Source: Octopus bimaculoides
Lineage: Eukaryota
Length of the DNA stretch: 64,000 nt
NCBI RefSeq assembly: GCF_001194135.2
Contig: NC_068987.1
Location: 98,431,224-98,495,223, forward strand
Direction: 5' to 3'
Under the pieces are notes generated by a model, which saw nothing but the letters and a program-made list of their open reading frames with translations, did not search any database and was not told where the DNA came from. This document shows positions 1 through 12,974 of the stretch, piece after piece (position 1 is the stretch's first letter; each line of letters starts with the position of its first letter). Both the position numbers and the translations under genes were made by a program.

Positions 1-38
1 CACACAGAAACACACACGCTCACACAGACAGACAGACA

Positions 39-78
<40 letters not shown>

Positions 79-145
79 TATATGAATGTGTGTGTGTGTA
101 TATATCTACCTGTACATATAAACACATACATAGATACATATACTG

Positions 146-178
<33 letters not shown>

Positions 179-679
179 NNNNNNNNNNNNNNNNNNNNNN
201 NNNNNNNNNNNNNNNNNNNNNNNNNNNNNNNNNNNNNNNNNNNNNNNNNNNNNNNNNNNNNNNNNNNNNNNNNNNNNNNNNNNNNNNNNNNNNNNNNNNN
301 NNNNNNNNNNNNNNNNNNNNNNNNNNNNNNNNNNNNNNNNNNNNNNNNNNNNNNNNNNNNNNNNNNNNNNNNNNNNNNNNNNNNNNNNNNNNNNNNNNNN
401 NNNNNNNNNNNNNNNNNNNNNNNNNNNNNNNNNNNNNNNNNNNNNNNNNNNNNNNNNNNNNNNNNNNNNNNNNNNNNNNNNNNNNNNNNNNNNNNNNNNN
501 NNNNNNNNNNNNNNNNNNNNNNNNNNNNNNNNNNNNNNNNNNNNNNNNNNNNNNNNNNNNNNNNNNNNNNNNNNNNNNNNNNNNNNNNNNNNNNNNNNNN
601 NNNNNNNNNNNNNNNNNNNNNNNNNNNNNNNNNNNNNNNNNNNNNNNNNNNNNNNNNNNNNNNNNNNNNNNNNNNNNNN

Positions 680-722
<43 letters not shown>

Positions 723-810
723 TATATATACATACATACATACATACATACATACATGCATAGATACATTCATACATACATAAATACATATACACAGATA
801 AACACACATA
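1..810. repeat. Compound (CA)n/(CAGA)n/(TA)n/(TACA)n microsatellite spanning a gap
   Basis: Seen directly. Confidence 0.95.
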
Positions 811-1306
811 CAAATGTGCAATGAAGTAGATACTTATGTATATATTGACAATATTGGAAACGTTTGTGAGAAGTTTTTAGTCTGAGAGAAAATTCACTTG
901 ATTTTTTAAAATTTTTGTACGGGGTAAATCTAAAACAGGCTCCCTTATCACCTCGCCAGCATCACTAATACAATTACTGCCCCATTTTAATGCTAAACAA
1001 ACAATCTAAAACTTAATTAATCTTCTGTATAAATTCAAACAAATATTTTAGCACTGTGAATGAACTCTAATTAATGAAACAAAACAATTACATCATTATT
1101 ATCCAAAAACTAAGAATGTTTGTCACTCTCAAGGGGTTAGTTCTCTTGAAAGCTGTGTTATCGCTGTACCTAGTCGTCAATATGATTTCTCTTAATATCT
1201 AGAATTGTTATTACATATTAGGTGAAAAACCTGCAAGATATAACACTGAGATTTCCCTCCCAAACCAAAGGCTAATGTCATTATATAATATATATAAAAG
1301 TGAGTT

Positions 1307-1415
<109 letters not shown>

Positions 1416-1727
1416 ATGTCCCTTATGCATTCCAAAACCGAGTTTGTCGTTTTTGACGTTTGGAGTATCAAAAGTTTCAGTAAGCTTTTGACTCCCAACT
1501 AAACTATATTTTCATTCATCTATTTGCATTACAAAAATTTAAGATTATCAAATTTCTTTTAGTCACCTATCGTAAACGACATATTTTACCACCACTTCTA
1601 CAACGACGATGACATCACATTTTCAATATGTGTTCGCGTGTTCGTTATGTACGTTATGCCGATGACTGATAAATATATGTGTGTAACTGTCAGTATACAT
1701 ACATCTTTGTGACGACTGACACACACG

Positions 1728-1758
<31 letters not shown>

Positions 1759-1869
1759 ATCTGAAAACAGAAACAGGCACACAAACACAAGGACAGAGAT
1801 AGGCTTCAGGTGTGCGTTAATGTACGTGTCTGTGTCTCTTAGTTTATGTATGTAAATCCCCCAAACAGT

Positions 1870-2470
1870 GAAACGCGCTGATATTGAAAGTTTACTTGCG
1901 GCCTGGACTTCAAACAAACAACAACGTTTACTTTCAAGTACTACCAACATGAAGATTTGGCTGATTTAACACCACTCACAATACTCGCAAATATATCTAA
2001 AAAATATATTATTCTGGTTATTATAACAAATTCGGGAACTTGGTGAAGCAGAAAGCCTCAGCAGCTCTTTCAATATAATTACAGAAATGTTACTCCACTC
2101 TTTCTAACCAGTTTCAAGATAATGTTTTTTTAACAGTCCTTGTATTCTTTATTACTGTGAATATCAACGTCGCACAACCTTTTTACTGCATTACTCAGTA
2201 TTTATTCCACAGCCTATAATGTTACACAGTTCAAAAACAACATCTTCCCTTTCATATATTTAGTTTAGCGTTCGTTTCAAAATTGTAAAATAATTTTTGT
2301 ATGAAAAATTGAATTATGCCTTCTGAATTTTCTTGGACTTTCACTTTCTTCAAAGCGACATTCATTCAGGCCTGAATTTTATAACATTCAGTACATGTTC
2401 AAAATAAATGTCGACTTTCTGTACTTTCTTACGTTGGTGACGCATACTAACTTTTGCTAAATTTGTGACT
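1870..2470 (-). mobile_element. Decayed hAT (Charlie/SPIN-like) transposase fragments
   Basis: Frameshifted minus-strand peptides LNVIKFR/GLNECRF...HNSIFHTKI (cf. VNFIKxRxLNxRxF...LLFHTEVRWL) and FASI...MLVVLESKRCCLFEV...LSISARF (cf. the hAT dimerisation domain); by-eye similarity. Confidence 0.45.
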
Positions 2471-2637
2471 TTCCATTTTTCTATTGCATAACTATGCTAC
2501 AGAAAGTATGTTTTGCACCTATATTGACTACATTTCGTTTCGCTTGAACTTCGTGTATGTACTTTTTGCTGTCTTCAATATTATCAATTCTATGTGAGTG
2601 TGTTTCTGCGCTCGTTACTATAGTAAAGAACATTTTA

Positions 2638-2815
2638 CGCTGTTTTAATGAACACAGATCTAATGAAATACCTATCCTTATGGTTGGTGATCCCATTGAA
2701 AATCATGATATTCTCATTCGTGTTCAAGATAACAACCTTGAACGTGTTTCACAGACTCATCCCTCTTATGATGCTCTCCAGCATAATCTTATTCTGTAGA
2801 ATGGAGAAGAGAAGA
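2638..2815 (+). mobile_element. Helitron Rep-domain fragment
   Basis: RCFNEHRSNEIPILMVGDPIENHDILIRVQDNNLERVSQTHPSYDALQHNLIL*NGEE matches the Helitron Rep motif (...EVAVIMVGD...RDI...LQRISETHRSYDALQYPLMFWQGEDG), with W changed to a stop. Confidence 0.85.
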
Positions 2816-2923
2816 TTTCTCGGATCGAAACTGCAACAGGATCTCCAATTACAAACAAAAGGGTGTCGTTAAATGACTTCTATTTTTACCAACTCATCAG
2901 AACAATCAAATCCTTTCTATTAC

Positions 2924-3126
2924 AAGCACAAGGCCTGAAATTTCGGGGTAGGGGACCAGTCGATTACAACGGCTGCAGTGTCTCAATGGTACTTCATTTA
3001 TCGATACCGAAAGTCTGAAAGACAAAGTTGACCCCGACGGCATTTGAACTCAGAACGTAAAGACGGGCGAAATAGCGCTCAAGCATTTTGCTCGGTATCC
3101 TAATGATTCTGCCAGCTCACCGCGTT
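2924..3126 (-). mobile_element. tRNA-derived SINE family B
   Basis: Reverse complement of the head (B box GAGTTCAAAT) and the central ctttcatcctttcggggtcgat-like domain; shared with 9 other copies in the window. Confidence 0.85.
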
Positions 3127-3789
3127 CCAAAACAATCAAATCAGTTACACATGTCAAATAAACTTTAGTTTCAATTACATATTTTCAACGTTATCTTAAT
3201 AACCCGCTGTAGTTATTTCAAATACACTTCTCTACGACCACGTTTCATTACAAAAGGAAAATTGTTTTACAGTTTCAATTTGAAATAAAATTACAAAGTG
3301 TTGCATTACGAGAGTCACGATGTGTGAATGAGGAAAGTAATATTTCTCCAAATTAGATACGTGTGTATTATAATAAAGAAAGCTGCTTCTTATCTATTTA
3401 CCAAATAAACTATGTTTTTGACCCAACAACTCTTTTTTACAACTAAAATAATCTCAGCAACCAGGTTGGGTCGCACAATTTTGAGGTCATTTTCGGACAA
3501 AATTTTGATTTGCTTCTAATGTATTACTTTCGTCCGATGTTTCACACATGCGTAGAATTCTACTCAGACATAAAAATGTACACATAAATATTGTATTAAA
3601 ATAAGCCACAACCAAAAGCATTGCATTAAAAGACATCTATTTTTTATGTTATCAGGAAATACACCCTCACACATATACATACACACTCACACACACACAC
3701 ACTCTCTTTCTCTCTCTCTCTCTCTCCCCCTCTCTTTCTCTATCTCTTTCAAGCACAAAAAATATATATGCATATGTATTTATGGGTTA

Positions 3790-3865
3790 AGGTCAAGAAT
3801 ACGCACTCCCGGTGTTTAGAGTTGGGGGTTACGTCCAAAATGGGCGGTGTGCGTATTCTTTACCT
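3790..3865. repeat. Short inverted repeat (17-bp arms, 1 mismatch, 42-nt spacer)
   Basis: aggtcaagaatacgcac ... gtgcgtattctttacct. Confidence 0.8.
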
Positions 3866-3994
3866 CCGCCGATTTATATACGTGTATATGAAAGATAATG
3901 TGTGTGAGATAGAGAAAGATGGAGCGGGTGAGTGCCACTTGCACATATATGCAAACAAATTCATACATCACAACACACACTTTAATTCACTTTC

Positions 3995-3995
3995 T

Positions 3996-4036
<41 letters not shown>

Positions 4037-4046
4037 NNNNNNNNNN

Positions 4047-4085
<39 letters not shown>

Positions 4086-4095
4086 ACACATACAC
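3995..4095. repeat. (CT)n microsatellite with 10-N gap
   Basis: Seen directly. Confidence 0.95.
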
Positions 4096-5442
4096 ACGTC
4101 CATTTCATATACACGTGCATCTTACACTTTCTCCTCTCTTTTACTTTCTCCTTTCACTTCAAAGCAAATGTCACCTTTCACTATCCTCTCTTTCAAATTC
4201 TGCGCTCTTCAAATCATACAGAAATTAAAACAATTTTACGGAAATTAACAAACAATCATATGATCCCATATATGTCGAGTTGACAACTTTGCTTCTTCAA
4301 ATGAAAGAATGCCATAAAATGACACACACACATGCATACGCACAATCCAGATTATACCTTTTTGCAAATTATGTTAATTCTTGCAGTGTGCACCTGCAAA
4401 TTTACAGCCCAAACCTAATTGAAATGATCTTTTTCTATTGTGTAATTTGTGTTTCTGATGAGCGTATTTAAAAACCTGATCTTCGATGTAAACTTAAAAG
4501 GAAGTTTTGCCAGAAATCCTATTCTTTACCGCTTCTTTCTAGCATGTCTGTGGTGACATTACCGCCCCCACCACCTTATTTTTTTCCTAAATTTATTCCG
4601 ATTCCTATGTTTGCGATACAGGTGATTAGAATTTCACCCACAAAACACATTTTCAATATTGTAATTTTCTCCCTCTCCACACCAAATTAATTTCTTACTT
4701 TTTTCAAATTTTTATTCTTGGTAATCCATGAAGAAAAACAGAGAGTATGAATCTTTAAGAATTTTACTCATCACCTCATCACTTTCAAAGAGCTACACAC
4801 TCCCAATGTTTCACTTTTAGCTTGTTTGGAAATTAGTGGATTTTCTTCAGAAATAATGTCGTTTACCTGTTGTTTCTATCATATCGTGTTTTCTGGTAGT
4901 GGTCTGGCATTTTTCAAGTCTACTATTTCAGTATAATTCTACGCATGCTGGAAACATCAAACAAAAGTGAAAGATTGGGAGATTTTAACTCTTTGAAAAC
5001 TGGTAGGTGATTGGTGGCCGAGGTGTGGGAAAGGGTATTGAGTGTTTCCTTAAGAAAAATTAAAATTAAAAAAGAAATATATATATATTTCTCAGATTCG
5101 TAATATCTGTATTTTTCTATGTAGATAACAAAAAAAAAAAATAATAAATAAAACATAAAAAATTAAAAAAATTGAAAATGAGTTAAAAATCAAGAAATTG
5201 CGGTGGGGATAGAGGGAAATAAAAATTTTGAAAACGTGATTTCTGGACAAAATCGTATTAACCCCCTTTTATACGATGAAACAATAATAGTTTCTGACCC
5301 TTCTTTAGAACAGAAATCACTTTCATGCAAACGCATGCAAATTGTATCCTCTCCCTCCACTATTAAACAAAAAAATAACTTCCATTATTCCATTAACCAT
5401 AACAAAGAAGCAAATAATACAATGTGCTTGTAGGTAATAACA

Positions 5443-5470
5443 CCCTGGCAACGCCGGGATGCATTGCGAA
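5443..5470. mobile_element. Helitron-like terminal GC hairpin (cctggc-aac-gccggg)
   Basis: 6-bp stem with 3-nt loop resembling non-autonomous Helitron termini; the expected CTAG is not preserved. Confidence 0.3.
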
Positions 5471-5681
5471 TTTTTAGTCAAAGAATAGCTTAGTCTAAGT
5501 CAGAAAATCTATAGAATTTTGCAGATGGCATGTATGCTTTTGTACACGGTTTTCTGCAACATGATAACTCTAAGTTACGTTTGCTCATCAGGAGATCCTT
5601 CAGTGCCGATTCAGGAAATATGTATTTCAGAGAAAAGTCTGCTACTGAAATATCAAATGTTCAATACTTGGCGAGATATTA

Positions 5682-6003
5682 CTGGCACTCCGTCACTTAC
5701 AACGACAAGGGTTCCAGTTGATGTGATTAAGGGAACAACATGCTTGTGAAATTAACGTGCAATTTGTAGAGCACCCACAGATATTCGTACTCTAAACGTA
5801 GTTCTCAGGGAAATTCAGCGTGACACAATGTGTCAAAGCCGATCCTTTCAAATACTGGTACAACTCATATTTGCCAGCAGAGTGGACTGGAGCAATGTGA
5901 AATAAGGTGTCTTGCCCCAGGAAATAAGGTGTCTTGCCGCCAGTTATCGAACTCAACACCTTGCGATTTTGAGCCGAATACTATAACCACTTAGCCTGTA
6001 CCT
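5682..6003 (-). mobile_element. tRNA-derived SINE (A box ggctaagtgg, B box gagttcgata) with tail shared with the SINE at 49069
   Basis: 3' ~190 nt align by eye to 49300-49471; internal 18-bp direct repeat at 5899-5916 and 5921-5938. Confidence 0.8.
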
Positions 6004-6525
6004 TTACTTGGAGGGATATATCCACAACTTTGATATCAATCAGTAACACCTTTCAGTATTTCGATATTTTAATGATAGCTTCCGGAATCCTAACATTTTA
6101 AGTGTCTGTATCTTCAAGTGGTGCTTTACTCACACATCGTTAGCAACCCCACCCAAAAGAAGTGAAAGTGGTTAGATAGATTCTTGTGACAGTGATAGTA
6201 GTAATACATATGCGACAGAGACTATCACAAATCTCGGAAATAAAATCTTAAGATACGTGAGTGTTTTATCTTCGTAAGATAGATAATTCTGAGATTTCTT
6301 GCTGTTGGGATAACCTCAGCTACATTTTAGGTCAAATAAACAGATATTTTCGTGTTCGGCATCATTATATTTAGCTATATATCACCGAACATGAAATCTT
6401 GATCCTCCAAATATTTTGCTAAGATGTCTTATTCGAACGAAAGTATTCTCACATTGACTATATATTCAGACTCATGTTCTCTTGGTAGGCCAGATACGGA
6501 AGGACTATACACATCAAATATTATA

Positions 6526-6809
6526 CGAGGGGTGTTCATTAAAGATTTCCCATTACACACTTAGGATTATTACAGGAAACAGAACTTGGACAGGTACAAT
6601 TATAAAAGTCTCTACATGTCACATTCTAAATTGCAGCTTTCCACTAGTATTCTTTTGTCTTTTACGACTGGTGGAGTGGACTAAGGTGTTGTAATGGAGG
6701 CAGTTGAATGCAGATCAGTGATCAAGTTCTTATACTGGAAAGATCCTACACCAAAAAAGATTTTCTGTGAGACGAAAAAGTTAATGGGGACGATGCACCA
6801 TCATACAAC

Positions 6810-6810
<1 letters not shown>
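6526..6810 (+). mobile_element. Mariner (Tc1/mariner) 5' fragment: left TIR plus transposase N-terminus
   Basis: TA|CGAGGGGTGTTC terminus; ATG at 6694 gives MEAVECRSVIKFLYWKDPTPKKIFCETK, frameshifting into a (Y)GDDAPSY-type HTH motif. Confidence 0.85.
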
Positions 6811-6859
<49 letters not shown>

Positions 6860-7162
6860 ATATACATACACTGACATCCCAAAAGTAAATGGATACCTTT
6901 CCTTACCTCATTATACTGCTCTGTCTGTGTGGACAGTACTCATTAGTACGATGTCCAAATTCTGTAAATTATAAAAAAAAACTGTACAATTATATTTGCT
7001 AAGTACTCGATTAAGTTTTTAAATGCATGAAACGACAATATTTTCGAACGAATATTTGCATATTTACTACTATTCAGACGGAATATATGCTAGTCGCTAT
7101 AGTTTACATCAAAAGAGAAGCACCTGTCTCTTTATGACAATAGTGTCTTTAACGTAGATGAT

Positions 7163-7208
7163 TCTGGAATACCGCAGTTTCGACTTGTTGTGTCTCTTCA
7201 GTCACAGA
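7163..7208 (-). ncRNA. Type I minimal hammerhead ribozyme (PLE pseudo-LTR type)
   Basis: UCUGUGA-CUGAAGA-GAC(ACAACAA)GUC-GAAA-C(UGCG)G-UA^UUCCAGA: full catalytic core, 3-bp stem II, 2-bp stem III, 6/7-paired stem I. Confidence 0.75.
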
Positions 7209-7464
7209 CGTCGAACATCTAAGTCTTGCCAAGCAGCTGGTTTTTGCTTACACTTTTAGCGAGCAAATTGTTTGCTCATCGGTGCATTTATCTGCCAACC
7301 GATATAAATCAGTATTTGTACTGAATACAACAGATCTGGAATGATCTCTATGAAATCTAATCGATAATGTAGTAAATGACTATTATCTTCACGTTAAACT
7401 GTTTTTCTGTGTATAGCATCCAAACGAGGTGTATACCGAAGGCTACGCTTCAGTCATGGATATC

Positions 7465-7485
7465 TTGTGTGTGTGTATATATACA

Positions 7486-7517
<32 letters not shown>

Positions 7518-7523
7518 CATACA

Positions 7524-7582
<59 letters not shown>
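7465..7582. repeat. (TG)/(TACA)/(TA) compound microsatellite
   Basis: Seen directly. Confidence 0.95.
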
Positions 7583-7584
<2 letters not shown>

Positions 7585-8139
7585 ACGCACACACATGTAT
7601 GGTATGCTTTTTTGAAATTAGAGTTGTTTTATTTTTCGTCGTCTATCAATATATAACCTAAAATCTGTTGCTGATGAATGAGATTGATCGATCAATATTG
7701 AACCCCCTCTATATTGGAAGTGAACTCTTTGTCTCCATTCGTAGGAAATAAAAGTTTATTAGATTCTTCAACCTTTCGGAGCTTTTATTACAGCGATTTT
7801 ATTATTATTGGCGTTTTGTGGGGAACGAAAAAGCTATTTCATTGCTATATACGAGTGTCTTTTCACGTATTGTAGAATGGTGTGTATGCTAAGTTTGAAA
7901 CACATATTTGAGAAGTTTATATATTTTCTTATATGAACAAGTTTTACCACCACCGGGATATATTCCAGGTTTCCTTTATAAAATCAGGATAATATATTTT
8001 GGTTTTAATGGAACACTTTATAAAAAGCAGTGCAGGAGAGAGAATTCTGGAGACAAATGGGTGAGGGTCTATGTCTGCGTACGAAGCAGCGACAGCAGCA
8101 GCACTTATAGTAGTAGTACTTAATAGTCTTTTCTACAGT

Positions 8140-8315
8140 AGGCACAAGGCCTGAAATTTTGGGGGAGGGGTATAGTCGATTTCATCGACCCCAGCGCTTC
8201 ATTGATGCTATTTTCATAGACACCGAAAGGATGAAAGGACAATTCGAATTTGAACTCAAACAGACGAAATACCGCTAAGCATTTTACACAGCGTTTCAAC
8301 TAGCTCGCCGCCTTA
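8140..8315 (-). mobile_element. SINE family B
   Basis: aggcacaaggcctgaaattt ... gctcgccgcctta, with internal deletions. Confidence 0.85.
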
Positions 8316-8340
8316 GTAGAAGTTAATAATAAGAATTACT

Positions 8341-8342
<2 letters not shown>

Positions 8343-8416
<74 letters not shown>
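8343..8416. repeat. (TATC)n tetranucleotide microsatellite
   Basis: About 18 units. Confidence 0.98.
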
Positions 8417-8989
8417 GTCGTCCCTCAGGACTAACATCACAAAACATCTGATTATTAGTGCAGTAGTATATTTCTGTGAGAAGTTTTATGTTTTCCTTGG
8501 CACCCTGTATCTTTGTAAATATATTTCCTTCCATTTTCCTACTCGCAAGTGTTCATTCTGCGATTTATTTTAATAAATGTGTGCGGAATTACAGATTCAA
8601 ATTGAAAATAATATTCTTGATTCATATATTTCCGATACACGAAAAAGGTGTTGTTTCACGAGAAGGAGTAAGTTTCCTTCATGGTAGAACGCAATAAATA
8701 ATCATAATATCTTAAATTTCTCCCTATTTATTTTTCTGAATTTTCTTAGCTGTACGCTGTGAAGACTCAAATTTTAAAGAATTTTTTTTCTCTAAACAAT
8801 TTCTCTAAGAAATGGCAAAATATACTCTCTTGCGTAATTAAATATTTAAGTAGTCACACATCAATGAACATTGTGGTGTTTCTATTCTTTATTTTGCTTT
8901 TCTCAAAATTCTTATCTAAAAACTTACAAATGCGAGTGGTGTACAAACACTAGTTTGAGATTTTTATTTAAACTATATCGTCCAAACGT

Positions 8990-9700
8990 GCCTACTTTTC
9001 ATTTTCTGTACGGCTTTCGACAGTTCGCTTCTATTTTCTGAACGGAATTCTTTTCCAGTCCATCTAAAGATATACTTTATGAATCTCTTTGGACTTTCAC
9101 AAAACTCAAAGTCCCCTCACATTTACAGATCATACTTGATTGTTTACTCATGGTTGACTATATCATGTGGAGGTGTATCAAATAACCAACTAGTTTTCAA
9201 AATTGGCCAGATGCTAATTGTCGTAAATTTGTGGCTCGTTTCTCAATTAGGGCTTTAGTCTTCTGGCGCCAAATTGTTCTAGCTCTTAAGATAGAATGCT
9301 TGCTGCATCTCGTACCTTCAATGTATTTTTTTTTACATCCTTCAAATAGATTTTAATGTTTTGCAGAAGCTTTTTATAAATTGAAGACAGGAAGTTTTTC
9401 AGAAATTAGTTGTTCGTTGGAAGCGTATTTTTCGTCCAAAAGTAATTACTGTTATATGGTTTCAAAAAATCTTTGTTATATGGCTTCCAAAATTTGCAAA
9501 TTTTCATAGACCAAATTTTAGGCTGAGATATTTTTAATTTAATTGTTATCACGTACATAGAAAAAGAATTTATCATAGTTCCTTTTGGAAGAAAGATTAT
9601 ATCATACATATGCAAAAGGAATCTAATATTGAACGAATAAAATTCATATTTATCAAATTTTCCCTGATTATTAAGTTTTAATTAGATCCTGTAACCCTAT
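8990..9700 (-). mobile_element. Possible hATm transposase N-terminal relic
   Basis: Frameshifted SEKLP...TLKVRDAASILS*ELEQFW (cf. KLPS...LTVRESAxLVxxEVxxFWxKARIP); TAGGG-type start near 9699; weak. Confidence 0.3.
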
Positions 9701-10859
9701 GAGAATTATATATATATATATATATATATAAACTCATACGCGTGCATGTAAACACACATGTTTCTAAACATGCATACGCATATTTACACCTGCATATATA
9801 CCCACGCAATCATATCCATCTATATATATATATATATATGTATACATGTATGTTTGTATGTATGTATTATTTGATGCTTGTGTTTTGTTATAATAAAGAC
9901 AGTTTTACATAAAACTGAATAATTACTCTATACATTTGCTAGGGTGCAAATTTATTATTCTTTAACAAGATTAGTATTGATAGTGACTTTGAAGTTTTGG
10001 TCAGCTAAGCCATCATCTGACTATGATGCATTTGAGTTCATCTTAGATTTATATAGGTTCTGCTAAGTTAATATATTCTAGAGTAAGCTGATTTCTGTCG
10101 AATGATAATTAGTTTGTATGCTAGGTTGTGATTGCAAGGTGTTATGGAGAATTTTTATTGATTAAATCGAGGGATGTACTATTGCTTAGAATTATTTATG
10201 CATATCCTACAAACTTCACCAGCTACACTGAAATGTTAAAGTTTCTAAATAGCAAGCAAATAATTTCCAGAACAATGATTCCCTTGTGACAATCATGCTG
10301 ACCAACAACTCTTACGCCGACCTATATAATTTTGTGAACACTAAACGTTTGATTTGCAAATTTTCAATACTAAAAACATTGTGGAATACCTAAGTAGCAA
10401 GCAACAACCTCCGAATACAAACATGTGAAAGACCCTAACTAAATCCTTGCCAACAAACTAAGTCTTACTACCTACTTACATTTTTGTGTGAAGCCTGAAA
10501 AACCCTTTACCTAGAAGCTGATATATCTAATAAATACACCTAGTTTCAAATGACCAACAATCTAAGTATTCTTTTTGTGAACGCCCATGACCTGAAGATG
10601 ACATACCTAAATATACAAACCTGATTACATACTTCTTATTAAACAATAGCACGAATTTAATAAATAAAATTTTCCATAACAACTCATCCATACTATCTAT
10701 TATACAGCCCAATTAACATTCAACAAAAGTCAACTTACCGGAGAAAATTTTAACTAAACAGAGTGTATATCAACCAAGAAGGACTCAAATGCATCACTCT
10801 TTCGACGATGGCTTATCTGGCCGAAAATACAAAATCACAGTCAATATTATTGCTAAAGA

Positions 10860-10861
<2 letters not shown>

Positions 10862-10920
<59 letters not shown>
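10862..10920. repeat. (TG)n microsatellite
   Basis: Seen directly. Confidence 0.98.
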
Positions 10921-10921
<1 letters not shown>

Positions 10922-10923
<2 letters not shown>

Positions 10924-11130
10924 GCGCATGAACTAGTGGTTGGGTGTTGCATCCCCGATTTAGCGACCGTGATTGCAATTCCTAGACAGAGTAGTGCGTT
11001 GTGTTGTTAAGCAAAACACTTTATCTCAAGGTACTCTATGATCACCATGACACCTGACGCGTTGTACACCGTGCACCTATTCAGGCAACATCTATTTGAT
11101 GGAGGGAGTGAGCTAATGTACAGCACATAA
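10922..11130 (+). mobile_element. Degenerate tRNA-derived SINE (distinct tail)
   Basis: ggcgcatgaactagtggtt head, degenerate B box, ttaagcaaaacactttatctca central motif. Confidence 0.6.
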
Positions 11131-11235
11131 TACAAGTTGAAGGCTCATACATCGTCTTCGACGGAAGAGTTCGTTATACATACATACAAACAAACATACA
11201 TACATACATACATACATACATACATACATACATAC

Positions 11236-11400
11236 AGGCACAGGAGTGGCTGTGTGGTAAGTAGCTTGCCTACCAACCACAAGGGTTCCGGGTTCAGCCC
11301 CACTGCGTGGAATCTTGGGCAGATGTCTTCTAACATAGCCTCGGGCCGACCAAAGCTTTGTGAGTGGATTTGTTAGACGGAAACTGAAAGAAGCCCGTCG

Positions 11401-11433
<33 letters not shown>

Positions 11434-11633
11434 CTGACTGTCTGTCTGTATTTGTCCCGCTAGCATTGCTTGACAACCGATGCTGGTTTGTTTATGTCTC
11501 CGTAACTTAGCGGTTCGTCAAAAGTTACCGATAGAATAAGTACTGGGCTTACAAAGTCTCGGGGTCGATTTGCTCGACTAAAGGCGGTGCTCCGCAGTCA
11601 AATGACTGAAACAAGTAAAAGAGTAAAAAGTAA
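11236..11633 (+). mobile_element. SINE family A, near full length
   Basis: A box TGGCTGTGTGG, B box GGTTCAGCCCC, central (TA)(TG) tract, gtaaaagag tail. Confidence 0.92.
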
Positions 11634-11636
11634 AGG

Positions 11637-11766
11637 GACATACATACATACATACATACATACATACATACATAAATACATGCATACATACATACATACA
11701 TACATACATGCATAGATACATACATACATACATACATATACATACATACATACATACATACATACA

Positions 11767-11798
<32 letters not shown>

Positions 11799-11805
11799 GA
11801 TACAT
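11637..11805. repeat. (CATA)n microsatellite
   Basis: Seen directly. Confidence 0.97.
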
Positions 11806-12428
11806 ATATTCGACAAAAGTCAGCGTACCAAAATTTTAACAAAACTGCCCTCATACGTCTTCAAAATGACAACACGATAAAGTCGTATATAGGTGCTTAC
11901 ATTTATCAGGCATTACCTCTAAAATTTACAATCTATATATATATATATATATATAGATAGATAGATATAGATATAGATATATATATGTATGTATGTATGT
12001 ATCTATATGGCTTCTTTACGAGCCATTTCTCTCCACGTGAACATGTTTTCAAGACTGTTCGCAAATTGTCATTTCAATGGAATATACCTGGTTATAGTGA
12101 TGACTTTTATTAAAACACATAAGATAAGGTATATATATCAATATTGTCGTATACGCCATAATAATAAACATACACAAGAATTCATCTACTACAATTGAAA
12201 ACATAAACCAAGAATGTGAAATTTCTTAATATAATGCACAAATTCATTTTTATTTCATTTCCTATTTTAGCAGACAGCACTACAATAGCTGACTGAAAGT
12301 TGATGGATATTCTTGCTTTAGTTTTTGCTTGTTTATTATATTTTCTAAAACGCATTATCTTATTCAACACTAGACTGGTTTATCGTATTTCTCACCAGGT
12401 GGTGTTAAATTATAAACCGTTTAACAAT

Positions 12429-12845
12429 AGGCGCAGGAGTGGCTGTGTGGTAAGTACCTTGCCTACCAACCACATGTTTCCGTATTCAGTCCCACTGCGT
12501 GGCACCTTGGGCAAGTGCCTTCTACTATAGCCTCGGGCCGACCAAAGCCTTGTGAGAGGACTTGATAGACGGAAACTGAAAGAAGCCCGTCGTATATATG
12601 TATATATTTGTATGTGTGTGTTTATGTTGGTGTGTCTGTGTTTGTCCCCCCGACATCGCTTGACAACCGATGGTGGTGTGTTTACGCACCCGTAACTTAG
12701 AGGTTCGGCAAAAGAGACCGATAGAATAAGTACTAGGCTAACAAAGAATAAGTCCTGGGGTCGATTTGCTCGACTAAAGGCGGTGCTCCAGCATGGCTGC
12801 AATCAAATGACTGAAACAAGTAAAAGAGTAAAAGAGTAAAAGAAT
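12429..12845 (+). mobile_element. SINE family A, full length
   Basis: Matches the copies at 11236, 38125, 38957, 39682, 55228 and 61245; (GTAAAAGA)n tail. Confidence 0.95.
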
Positions 12846-12911
12846 GTAAATAAAACTTATTCCAACCTTACAGACAAAAATCGGTATAATATTACACCGG
12901 GTTTCGTAATA

Positions 12912-12943
12912 GAAGCCCGTCGTCTCTCTCTCTCTCTCTCTCT

Positions 12944-12974
<31 letters not shown>

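Noticed and set aside
5575-5597. CUGAUGAG-C-AAACGUA on minus
   Set aside because: No stem II, G12 missing and no stem I pairing.
6010-6520. Non-repetitive stretch upstream of the mariner fragment
   Set aside because: The frames examined were interrupted by stops and no motif was recognised.
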